Assembly (NCBI GenBank): GCA_035221665.1
Contig: CM069157.1
Coordinates: 7,936,001 to 8,000,000 of the forward strand
Origin: Okamejei kenojei
Lineage: Eukaryota
Reading direction: 5' to 3'
Length of the DNA stretch: 64,000 nucleotides
The translations under genes and the position numbers were made by a program. The notes under the pieces were generated by a model. That model saw only the letters and a program-made list of their open reading frames with translations. It had not been told where the DNA came from and searched no databases. This document shows, piece by piece, positions 52,041 to 62,999 of the stretch. The first letter of the stretch is position 1; every line of letters begins with the position of its first letter.

Positions 52041-54238
52041 TTCCTTTCCTCGACTGTGCAGCACAGTCCCTTCTCTCACCTCGTCTGTGTCAGTTCACTA
52101 TTAATATCTCCAGCGATCTAGTCTTCACAAAGTTCAGGTTTTGAATGCCAAAGGTTTTACTACCCACTGTTTTAAATGATTGCTCTCTCAAATCTTGTCT
52201 GCTCATTAAGTACTCTCCCACTGAGGGAAACCTCAGCATCATCATTGTTAAATAAAATCACCCTTTGTTCTGTCAATCTTGAAAGAATAAAAAAAACTAG
52301 TTTATTTCGTTTTTGTGACAAAACAGTTCTTTCATTTCAGGGACCGTCCTATTGAATGCTTTTTACTGGTATGTCTTTAGATCAAGGAAACACAGTAGTT
52401 CAGGTGTGGCCATAGCATACAATTCTAACAATACTCCATTTTTAAAGTTCAACCACCGATCAATGAAGGCCGATTTACCATTTGCATAATTACTTGGTGT
52501 TCATTGACAATTACTTGCCAATATTTGTGTGTTTTGTGCATAAGAATATGTAGACCCCCCATCTTACTCTACTCACTTGCAATCTAAACCAATTAGTGGA
52601 CCTGTCTTATAATTACTTCTACTGAGCTCTATGATCTTGCACTTTCCCCCATTTACAAGCTCTATGATCTTGCACTTTTTCCCCATTTGACAAGTCTTTG
52701 CCTGATCACAAATCCAATCTACTTTCTGATCTATTATAAATATCCTTATCGCTCCATACTCTTCTACCTATTTTCACAACGTCAGCAAACTTGGCAACCT
52801 CACAGTCTGGCACTGCCTAAATAATTAATGCAGAATGTAAATAATTGAGGAAAAGGAGTTTTTACACCATTCCAGCACAGAAAAGACACACAGTTGCTCC
52901 TCAATTATGTCAATTAAGTCAATTTCACTTGTACGGTATATGCTCTTTTCCTACATATCATTGTTTAATACACTGTTGCACAATGGTATTATTACTTAAA
53001 CCAAATACATTACCCCTTGCTTTATGTGTTATCATTTTCAGGTTCATGTATTTGATTTGTTTTCCTCTTTGTAGGTGGGATCTGACCCATGGCTGCAAGT
53101 TTTCGTTGCACCAGACATCACAAGACATCACATATACTAATTACATATGCTAATTATCACATACCTAACAAAGAGCATGGACAGTTGCTAGGGCACAAAA
53201 TGTACTCTGGCTGGGACTGCAATATCCATCACCAAGAAAGGTTGGTTAACACCACCAACAGCAAGCTGAAGTCCTGAAGGTGGTGGCCTCCGGACTGTCT
53301 CAGGAAGGTAGTGCACCAACAATGGGTAAACCAACGGCCTGTGCTCACTAAACTCCCTATGGTGGATGCATCATTTACAATAAAATGTGTAGAAGTGACC
53401 ATCATATAATCTATGTGGAGACAGACTTCCATCTTTGCACTGATAACATAAAAAGCTGGAGTAACTCTGGGTCAGACAGCATCTCTGGAGAAAAGGAATA
53501 GGTGACGTTTTGGGTCGGGACCCTTCAGACAGTGAGTTACTCCAGCTTTTTGTGTCTATGGTTTAAACCATCATCTGCAGTTCCTTCCTACACATTTGCA
53601 CTGAGAACATCCTTATTATGTTGTATGTCACAACAAACCGAAGGGTCTCGACCCGAAACGTCGCCTATCTCCTTCGCTCCTTAGATGCTGCTGCACCCGC
53701 TGAATTTCTCCAGCCTTTTGTGTACCCCAGCAGAAATGACAGATTTGTTGATGTAGCCCATTTTATCTACTTCACCTACACCACGCTGACTAGGGATAAC
53801 ATGGACCATTGAGACTGGTCATCCCCTCTCCGCCAGTCTTACTGTCTCCGACTACATTCTATCTTTGTCCCGCCCCCTTGCCTGATATCAACCCGAAACG
53901 TCGCCCATTCCTTCTCTCCAGAGATATTGCCTCGCCCGCTGAGTTACTCCAGCATTTTGTGTCTACCTTCGATTTAAACCAGCATCTGCAGTTCTTTTTT
54001 ACACAAGTTCCCAAACCAGATGCATCACGATAAAATGCTTTCTATAGCTATAGAAGTTGGTGAAAGTTGTTTGGACCATGCCAAACTTTCTCAGCCATGC
54101 AATTGAGTGCACATCTACTGCACATTGGCCAGTTAAGTAATGAGTGTGCATTTTCTAGATCGTACACTCTGCAGTCATGGTGTTCCATCTACTGGTGGAA
54201 TCTTGTAATCAAAGGTCTGCAGTCCTACTTTATGTAAT

Positions 54239-54373
54239 CTTCTTGCACATGGCTTGCACAGCCTAAAGTTGGAGGACAACTTGTTCTATTTCATCTTATT
54301 TGATTGTGCACGCCGGGTTGATTGCATTAGTCAAAACAGGGCGGATCATGTGAAAGTTGCAATCTCCCACCCC
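54239..54373 (-). mobile_element. 135-bp non-autonomous retroposon with 5' HDV-like ribozyme head and (GAA)n tail, copy A
   Basis: Perfect 12-bp TSD ACTTTATGTAAT (54227-54238 and 54374-54385); homologous copy at 56168-56803. Confidence 0.85.
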
Positions 54374-56196
54374 ACTTTATGTAATGATGATTTGGTAATG
54401 GAATTTTTTTCTCAATGCAGCTAATGAAAAGGTGGTTTCAAGTCCACCCACAACCTCAACAGAGGCAGGGCCCAGATTGAGTGCTAAGGCGAAGCTGTTC
54501 AAACAGAAATGCAGAGTAGATGATTCACTGTGCCTTTCTCCAGAGATCACTTGACCAGTTTAGTTCACTCCATGTGACATCAAGAAATGGCTGGGTGCAT
54601 TGGAAAGAGCAAAATCTGTGGAATCGGGCAACAACCCAACTAATATTTGATTGGAGGAACTCAGCGAGATGAGCAGAATCTGTGGATGGAAATGGACAGT
54701 CTACCTTTTGGGTCAGTGAAACGCTCTTCACCACCTTGGTACACATGACAATAAACTAAACTGATGAACTGAGAATGATGGACCTTCATACCACTGAATT
54801 CCTCCAACAGATTGTTGCTCCATATTCCAACATCTGAGGTCCCAAATATCCTCAGGTCCAGAATTACCTGTGGTTCTAGCCAAAGGTAGATACAAATGCT
54901 GGAGAAACTCAGCGGGTGAGGCAGCATTTATGGTTTGAAGAAGCGTCTTGACCCGAAACGTCACCTATTCCTTTGCTCTATAGATGCTGCCTCACAATTG
55001 AGTTTCTCCAGCATTTTTATCTACCTTCGATTTTTCCAGCATTTGCAGTTCCTTCTTATAATGGTTCTAGCCAGGTACAGTGTGGAAACAGGCCCTAAGG
55101 CCAAACTTTTCCACACAAACCATTATGTTCCATCTACACTAGTCCCACTTGTCTGTGTTTGGCCCATATCCCTCCAAGCCTGTCCTATCCATGTACCTAT
55201 CCTATTGCTTCTTAAACATTGCAATAATTCCTACCTCAACTACCTCCTCCGGCAACGTGTTCAATACACGCACAAGTTGTTCCAGTTTATTTCCCACATT
55301 GAAATCTACCTAACAATAAAGAAAATTACACAAGTGTGCCCTGTTATCAAAAAGCAGAATAAATCAAATCTGACTCTTATTACCCAATTAGTTTCCACAT
55401 AATAATCGACAAAATGAAAGAAGCTGTCATTCGCGTATCAAACAGCACTTGTTCATCATTGTGCAGTCTGGTTCACTCCAGGATCATACAGTTCCAGAAT
55501 TAATCGCCATTTTGATCCAACATGAACCAAAAAGCTAAGTTCCAAAGGTGAGACTGGTTTTAACATCAAGATAAGGTTTGACCAAGCGTGCCATCAAAGA
55601 GCCCTGGTAAAATTGAATGCACATCAAGGAGAAACCATTCCCATGGCTGGAGATGTACCTTGCATTAAGGTAAATGATTATTGTTGTTGGGCAGTCAATC
55701 ATTGCAGCCCTAGGACATCACAACAAGAATTCTTCAGGGTGGTGGCCTGGGATAAACCATCTTCAGTTGCTTTCCTTACATTGTAAGGTCAGAATCTGAG
55801 GTGTTTGCTATTGATTGCACAATGTTCAATTCACACCTCTAGTTTCCCTCTCCCCTGACTCTCAAAACAAAGCATCAACTATTCCTTTGCACCAGAGATG
55901 CTGCCTGATCTGTTGAGTCACTCCAGCATTTTGTGTCTCTTTGCAATACCTTGGCAAATGAAGTAGCCTATGCCTGCATGCTGCAAGGCTCAGGCAACAT
56001 TCATCACGTGCCAATAAGTGGCAATAGCAACGTTCACATCCAATAGGTGCCAGTGCAATGACTACCTCCAGCAGAGTGTCTATTCACACATACTTGAATT
56101 CAATGGCTTCAGAATCACCTGTTTCATCATCAAAAACTCATATGGACTAGCCAAATGAAGAGAAGTTCTTCTTCTTGCGTATGGCATGCACAGCCT

Positions 56197-56682
56197 TCTT
56201 CTTCTTCTGTCGTGTGTCTTTTAGACCTGCAGCTCCGTTGAGGCGAGCCAGGCCAACATGTCATCGTCCAGGTCAATCAGACCTCGTTCACCATTCGGTG
56301 GCCAGTGTTTGGGGCAACTGATGACTATGTGCTCCACTGTCTGTGTTGGGTCCCCACACTCGCAGGAGGCGCTGTCCACGAGCCCCCACCTCTTCATCGC
56401 TACTCCATAGCGTCCGATGCCTGTCCTCAAGCAGTTGAGGGTTGTCCACTGCTTTCGGGGCAGGTCCTGGCCAGGGACGTCCATGGGGTCATTGATGTAC
56501 TGGTGTAGCCTAGATGGTTCTGCTGACTTCCACTGGTCTCTCCATCTCGTCTTGACCCAGGCAGCCTTAGAAGTGTCAGCCAGTGTTGTGCAGAGCAGCT
56601 TGTGTGGCAAAAGGGTGCCGTGACTTGAGGCGCACTCATCGTGGTGTCTCTGTGACGATCTGATGGAGGAGGTGGGATTCAC
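56197..56682 (-). mobile_element. 5'-truncated Ingi/Vingi-like non-LTR retrotransposon 3' end
   Basis: ORF 56221-56682 ends with a CCHC zinc knuckle (LRTGIGR...WG...CECG...QTVEHIVISCP) and a (GAA)n tail; 13-bp TSD GC(A/G)TGCACAGCCT. Clade assignment from recalled motif similarity. Confidence 0.75.
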
Positions 56683-56751
56683 GCGTGCACAGCCTAAAGT
56701 TGTGCGACAACTGTTCTATTTGATCTCATTTAATTGTGCACGCCAGGTTGC

Positions 56752-56803
56752 TTGCATTCGTTGAAACAGGGCGGACCACGTGAAGGTTGCAATCTCCCAC
56801 CCC
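56752..56803 (-). ncRNA. Minimal HDV/CPEB3-like self-cleaving ribozyme (predicted)
   Basis: RNA GGGGUGG-GAGA-UUGCA-ACC-UUCACGU-GGU-CCGCCCU-GU-UUCAA-CGAA-UGCAA gives P1 with G1.U wobble, P2, P3, L3 UUCACGU, J1/4 GU and J4/2 CGAA (catalytic C at 56760). Confidence 0.8.
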
Positions 56804-56939
56804 AGGAGAAGTTTAGAGACTGGATATCCTGTGGCAAATGACTTGCCTCCTAATATCCCAAGCCCTTTTAACAAGGTGTGATGTAATAATCTCCATTTGC
56901 CTTTATGAATAAGGCTTGGACACCTTACACGGGTTGCCA

Positions 56940-57430
56940 GGACCCTATGGTATGAGCTATAAAGAGAGGTTGAGTAAGCTGGTTCTATATTCCTTGGAGT
57001 GGAAGAGGTGTACAAAATCATAAGAGGAATAGATCGAGGAGATGCACAGCCTCTAGCCCAGAGTAGGGGAATCGAGGATCAGAGAACATAGGTTTAAGGT
57101 GATGGAGAATAGATTTAATAGAAATCTGAGGGGTACATTATTCACACAAAGGGTGTTGAGTTGTGTTATGCAAATAAAGAATTTCATTGTCCTGTCAGGG
57201 ACACATGACAATAAACTCTTTTGACTCTTTTGACTCTTTGACTTTGAGTGTATGGGACGTACTGCCAGATATTATAGCAAACATTTAAACAATTAGACAG
57301 GTACATGGATAGGACAGGTTTAGAGGGATAAGGGCCAAACGCAGGCAGGTGGGACTAGTGTAGACGGGACATGTTGGACTGTGTGGACAAGTTGGGCCGA
57401 AGGGCCTGTTTCCATGCTTTATGACTCAAT
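56940..57430 (+). mobile_element. CR1 LINE 3' end
   Basis: Similar to the reverse complement of the 25.7-26.1 kb CR1 3' region; ends GGGCCGAAGGGCCTGTTTCC...TATGACTC. Confidence 0.8.
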
Positions 57431-57849
57431 GACTTTATGACATCTAAGGCACCAGATTGGGTATTGTCTTTGAGATCCTGCAGTCACCAAGGGACACCAT
57501 CCAATGTCCCCTGACTCCTAGTCTGAAGAAGTCTGGAAGCTGCAAACCAAAACTCGTTGCACTTATGTGCAATGACAATAAAATATATTATTATTATTAT
57601 TATTATTATTAGAAGGCTCTCGACCCTGAAACATCACGGTCTATTCGGATATGTTTATGTTTACTGTTAAATTCTTTAATGTTGTTTATTATCTTTATTA
57701 CTGTGCTGCATTGGCAAGTCAAATTTCACTGCACCAATTGGTGTATGTGATAATAAATGTCCTTTGTCCTTTTATTCCTTCACTCCAGAGATGCTGCCTG
57801 ACCCGCTGACTTGCTGCTGCAACTTGTGTCGATCGCCTCGGGTTTGTGA

Positions 57850-57994
57850 TGCTTTGCGTCGCGTCTCCCGGCCTGTCGGCGGCGCTGCAGCGGGAGGAGG
57901 CGGTGGGCGGGTCTCTCTCTCCCCGCGGGGGGAGGGGGGCGCTCGGCGGCGGCCGCCCTATAAAAGGGCGGGTCGGGGGAGTGCGCGCTCTCTT
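57850..57994 (+). promoter_or_regulatory. CpG-island promoter: GC box (GGGCGG ~57905), TATAAAA 57959-57965, 5'TOP-like start CTCTCTT 57988-57994
   Basis: TATA lies ~29 nt upstream of a C-initiated pyrimidine tract, followed by CGG|GTGAGT donor at 58006. Typical of ribosomal-protein and snoRNA-host TOP genes. Confidence 0.85.
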
Positions 57995-58089
57995 GCAGCC
58001 GCCGGGTGAGTGAGTGAGTGAGGGAGGGAGAGTGCGTCCGTCATCCGGCAGGTGAGCAGCGGCGTGGGGAGGCCCTCAACGCGGCCTGC

Positions 58090-58339
58090 GACCGGCGCCG
58101 TGTGTGTGGGGGCCCCGGGACCGGCGGTGTGTGGAGGCCCCGGGACCGGCGCCGTGTGTGTGTGTGGAGGCCCCGGGACCGGCGGTGTGTGGAGGCCCCG
58201 GGACCGGCGGTGTGTGTGTGGAGGCCCCGGGACCGGCGGTGTGTGGGTGGAGGCCCCGGGACCGGCGGTGTGTGTGTGGAGGCCCCGGGACCTGCCGTGT
58301 GTGTGTGTGTGGGGCCCCGGGACCGGCGCCGTGTGGGTG
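58090..58339. repeat. GC-rich minisatellite, ~8.5 copies of GACCGGCG(CC)(GT)nGGAGGCCCCGG, unit ~25-33 bp
   Basis: Directly visible tandem units differing mainly in internal (GT)n length. Confidence 0.95.
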
Positions 58340-60172
58340 AATTCCACTGGAATTTAAAAGGATACGAGGATATCTAATCGAAACGTATACAATTATTACG
58401 GGATTAAGAATAAGGGGGAGGCCATTTAGAACTGGGATGAGGAAAAACTTTTCATTCAGCGAGTTGTGAATTTGTGGAATTCTCTGCGCCAGAGAGCCGG
58501 GTTCGACCCCGACCACGGGTGCTGTCTCCGGAGTTTGTACGTTCTCCCCGTGACCGGTTGGTTTTTTCCCGGTGCTTCGGTTTCATCCCACGCTGCAAAA
58601 GACGTTAATTGCATGGGAGGAATTTTTTTTTTTTTGCGCCAATTGACCTCCGTAAATTGTCCCTGGTTCTAAAGTGAGTGGATGAAGTATAGATCTCGGC
58701 TGTGGAGTTTTTATCCTTGTGACGGGCGAGGGGGGGGGGGGTGTTCCTTCCTCTCATCTCCTCCGCTCTCCCGTGCCCGGCCGGCAGATTATAGCTCTCC
58801 CTCGGGTTGCGGGCGCCAGCGTTGCAGGCAGTCCCCGCATACGGACAGGGGGGACCGGCGGGGTGGGGTTTGTAGGGACCTTCTGCCTCCCGGGAGGTCA
58901 GTGTGCGGCTTCATCCGGCCTCTGTTACGAACAACTCACTGGAGCAAACCCCCACCCTGATGTGTAATTTGCCATCGTAAATTACTCCACACGTGTGGAA
59001 GAGGAGGGATTCGGGAGAGGATGGGGGATACAGGCAATTTAGTGTAAATGTGTTTAATGGAGAGCATGGCCTGGTGGACAAAGGTCTTGCCTCTGCATTG
59101 TATGATAATGACTAAAGTATTGACGCAGGCAATTGATCCGTTATTTTTTTCCCTCTGGCTCCTGGCCACGTGTTTCCAATCCTTGTTTTCCAGCCTGAAT
59201 GGCTGCTTTTTAACTCTTATTTCTAATTTCTAATGCTTGTTTTACATCGAAGCCTTTTGTTTTATGTCCTTTCCCATCATCACTGGGACCCGAATGTATT
59301 CCCTGCATTAATTGCATCATGGACCTTGAGATATAATACACTATATCTCTATCTCTATCTATATATAGCACATCTTGCTTGTCTTTTCCTGAGAGGAACC
59401 AGAGCATGTGCCATTAAAGAGGCAAGTTGTAATACTCTAATTTGGATCTTAATGGAGGTTAAGTCTGCAAGTGGGTCTATATTGATATTTTGGATAGCCT
59501 TATTAGTTTTCAAATATGGCTTGGGATCTGGTCAGGTAGTTGTACATGCAAGGAGTAGAAACAGCATGAGATGTGCATAATCAAAAGATACTTGGGTTAA
59601 GAGTTATGATGTGGCCTCCTTTTCACCTGTGGACATGTGCAATGCTCTTTCCGATGCTGTAAATATTAAGTTTTTGCATTGGCTGTGAAATGCTGTGTTT
59701 GAGAAACTGTTAAAATTAAAACATGTACTGGGGCTGCTGGCAAAATGGTACTAGTGTAAATTAATCAACTGCATTTGTTTCTTTCCACAGTACAATGGCA
59801 TCGTATAGTGGACGTGGGAATCGATTCCTGAGACGAGCTGCAGTACTTATGGAGGTAAATGTTTAATTTTATCAATTTAATGTTTTTTCAAGGTAGCAAA
59901 TTTATTTGATTTATGTATAGATGTTCATTAACAGGTGAATGTTCCATGATGTGCATAACTATCCACTGGACACGTATATCAGATGGGGCTACAAGAATAA
60001 CTGGATAAATGTGGCTGAATGTCTTAAGGTAATTGGTTCAGATGTTTGACGTGAATTAAGAAAAGTGAACACTTAGTTATTTATAAAAGTGCTTGTGTAA
60101 TTGAGCACATTCTAGCTGTTTTTGTTGTGAAGTGCCTACACTATTTTCTTGTCTTTGTGCAAGACAAGCCTA

Positions 60173-60376
60173 GTACAGGTGACCCCTGTGTTGTTGGGGA
60201 GAGTGGTTGTGTCCTTGCAACATGAACTGCATCAGTTTTCTGTGAAATGAAGTTGCATCATCTGTGCATGCTTTGGGAAATGAGTTGACTTGGACTGGTA
60301 AGGGTAGCACCCTAGATATTCCTAAGGCACCATAGTATCTGCATAGACCTTCTATGGTCTACCTGATTGAACATTT
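60173..60376 (+). pseudogene. Degenerate SNORA73/U17 remnant
   Basis: GGACTGGTAAGGGTAGCACCCTAGATATTCCTA aligns to copy 2 GGGCTGGTGAGGGCAGCACCCTGTATATTCCTA. m1 kept at 60316-60324, ACA at 60371-60373, m2 absent, 5' stem eroded. Confidence 0.7.
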
Positions 60377-60593
60377 GTGGGTGAGATTGAGAATGGGGTG
60401 GAAAATGCTAATACTTCAGGAAGGTTGATAGCTTATTCTGATTTGATTTAATGTGTGTCTTCTCCAGGGAGGCTGAATTCTATCCATGACCAATGTGGAT
60501 GAAGCTTGCAAGTCAGGATTGTGAGTTCAGACATATATCAGGTGAGGTGAGCTGACAAATCTCTTTATTTAAAAAAAAATTCCAACCCCCCCC

Positions 60594-60801
60594 CCCAACG
60601 TGGACATCCAGCAGCTCCTGTTTGGCACTGTCCGTGTGGCGTGTGGGAGCGTAGACTTTGGTCTATGACGTACAGTCCCGTTCCATGTCGTTGGAGAGCA
60701 ACCATGTCCCTGGCTTTGAGCTGGTGAGGACTGCATCCTGTATATTCCTAGACCTCCCCAGTCTGCTGTGACTGGGAAGATAAACCATACAGGGTACATG
60801 T
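60594..60801 (+). ncRNA. SNORA73: SNORA73 (U17/E1/snR30 family) H/ACA snoRNA, copy 1
   Basis: Starts CCAACGTGG, closes CGTTGG, H box AGAGCA 60695-60700, m1 ATATTCCTA 60742-60750, m2 AAACCAT 60782-60788, ACA 60796-60798 plus 3 nt. Confidence 0.95.
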
Positions 60802-62344
60802 CTTACATCTGACAAATCATTTGGCATTTTAGCCTGATGACCTTTGATCAGCATTTCGAGTGCTTTGAGCATTTTCTGTTTTGATTTCTAGCATCTGCAG
60901 CTTTTTGCTTTCAGATCCTACTTTTGCAACTGTAGGATGTTCCACATATTGTGGGAACATTGGGAAGTGATTAAATCAGCATGGTCAACAATGGGCAATC
61001 TCTTTTCAAAGATCTTGATGGGTTATGTTGTAGTTTTCTGCAATTGTATATGTATCTTAAAAGAGACCGCTCTTGAACAGATATCGATTTGGGGGGAAGA
61101 AAATATAGTTTTGAACTAACTGATCAGGCATCATCTCTGGAGAGCATGAATAGGTGCTGTCTGAAGAAGGGTCTCGACCCAATACGTCGCCTATTCCTTC
61201 TCTCCATAGATCATAAGTCTGCAGATACTGGCTTAAATCAAAGATAGACACAAAATGCTGTCTGTCCTGCTGAGTTACTGCAGCATTTTGTGTCTATCTT
61301 TGATTTAAGCCAGCATCTGCAGTTCATTGTTTAAGAAAGAACTGCAGATGTTGGACAAACGAAGGTAGACAAAAATGCTGGAGAAACTGAGCGAGTGAGG
61401 CAGCATCTATGGAGCGATGGAAATGGGCAATGTTTCGGGTCGAACCCCTTCTTCAGACATCTGCAATTCTCTCCTACACATGAATAGGTGATGTTTCAGG
61501 TCCGGCCCTTTGAACTAACATTATTGGTTCTTACCTGTTTTGATTTGACTGTTAACAAGTGGCTTGGTTAAATGATGTTGATGAGGTTCCATTTTTAACA
61601 TCAAATGTTTACTACTGTGATGACCAGGTGCTGTTCTCCTATGTGTCATGACATCAGATTTCTAAACCAAGTAAACCATTACTTTAGCTAATGTGAACCT
61701 GGATTATTGAGTGGGCAGTTGGAAAAAAAAAGTTTTATTATTGTCACTTTATTGATGCCGGGGTGACGTTTGTGGAAGCAAAAATATGGTGTCTTGTTTT
61801 ACTGGTTTGATGGAAGAATTTTGAGATTATCCACTGCGTTTTGGGGCTTCAGCCCTTTGTCAAAAGTATCCCATAATGTTGGGCACTTTCATCAAAAATA
61901 ACTTCAACTAATTTCATTGCTAACTTCTATTAAATGATTTTTCTACTAGTTTCTGTGGGATTCTCATTTGATGATGAGCATGAAATCTTTATGGTCTTTG
62001 AACACAAGAATTTAAGGTTGAGTTGAATACAATTGAAGAAACCAGGCCATTAAGTTCAACGTATAGTTCTGCTTGTAGCTTTTTCAGTAAGTGCTGTGGA
62101 GAACTCCAAATTAAATTATGCCTTTTGTTTGCAGGAGAGAAAATTTGGCAAAGGTAGCTGAGATCTTATGGTGAGTATTAGTTGCTGCACCAAATTTAAG
62201 CTCCAAGTAGAATATAACACATTTATTAGTACATGGTCCCAATTATATTTCTAATTATATGCCATGCCAATTTGCAAACTACTCTTTGTAAAGCCATGGT
62301 CTTGCAAATACAGCCAGTAGTGGATTTGGCACCTCCATTAATGT

Positions 62345-62561
62345 TCCAATGTGGGCATCCAGCGAGGTTACTCTTGCCTGGCTCTGTCTGTATGGCGTGT
62401 AGGAGCATAGACTTGTAGTCTATGATGTATAGTCCTGTTCCATGACATTGGAGAGAAAGCATGTCCCCAGTCACTGGGCTGGTGAGGGCAGCACCCTGTA
62501 TATTCCTAGACCTTCTCAGTCTTTGCAGTGTCTGAGGAGATAAACCATGCAGGATACAATT
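62345..62561 (+). ncRNA. SNORA73: SNORA73 (U17) snoRNA, copy 2
   Basis: TCCAATGT/ACATTGGA closing stem, H box AGAGAA 62452-62457, m1 62500-62508, m2 62542-62548, ACA 62556-62558. Confidence 0.95.
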
Positions 62562-62786
62562 GCTTCTTTGAGTCTGGAATAAAGATGAGTGTGAATGGTA
62601 TTGATTTTGGTTGATTGGTGACTTTGTTGATCTGCTTTGCTTTAGTGTTGCACAGTACCAAAGATGTGTCCATCTTCACCTGGGGAATCGGCTGAAAGCC
62701 AGGGATGCAGGGCGATGCAGTGCAAAGAGGTGATTTGTTGAAATGCTCATTCCTCAGTATAAGAGTATATCTCTAAACTAAAGAAA

Positions 62787-62999
62787 CCCAACGTGGGCAT
62801 CCAGCAAGTTTATTCTTGTCTGGCTCTGTCCGTGTGGCATGTGGGAGCGTAGACCTTTGGTCTGTGACGTACAGTCCCATTCCATGACGTTGGAGAGCAA
62901 GTGTCCCCAGCTTTTAAGCTGCTGAGGACTGCATCGTGTATATTCCTAGACCTTCTCAGTCTACAGTGGTTGGGAAGATAAACCATGCACGGTACAATA
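62787..62999 (+). ncRNA. SNORA73: SNORA73 (U17) snoRNA, copy 3
   Basis: CCAACGT/ACGTTGG stem, H box AGAGCA 62894-62899, m1 62940-62948, m2 62980-62986, ACA 62994-62996. Confidence 0.95.

Larger units (their letters stand above)
56168..56803 (-). mobile_element. Same ribozyme-headed short element, copy B, split by a LINE insertion
   Basis: Pieces 56168-56196 and 56683-56803 align to copy A; flanking 10-bp TSD AAGAGAAGTT/AGGAGAAGTT (1 mismatch). Confidence 0.85.

Noticed and set aside
57764-58516. Several overlapping Pro/Gly/Arg/Cys-rich ORFs and a CRISPR-like look of repeated units
   Set aside because: Artefacts of the GC-rich minisatellite. The spacers are just (GT)n, the context is eukaryotic and there are no cas genes.
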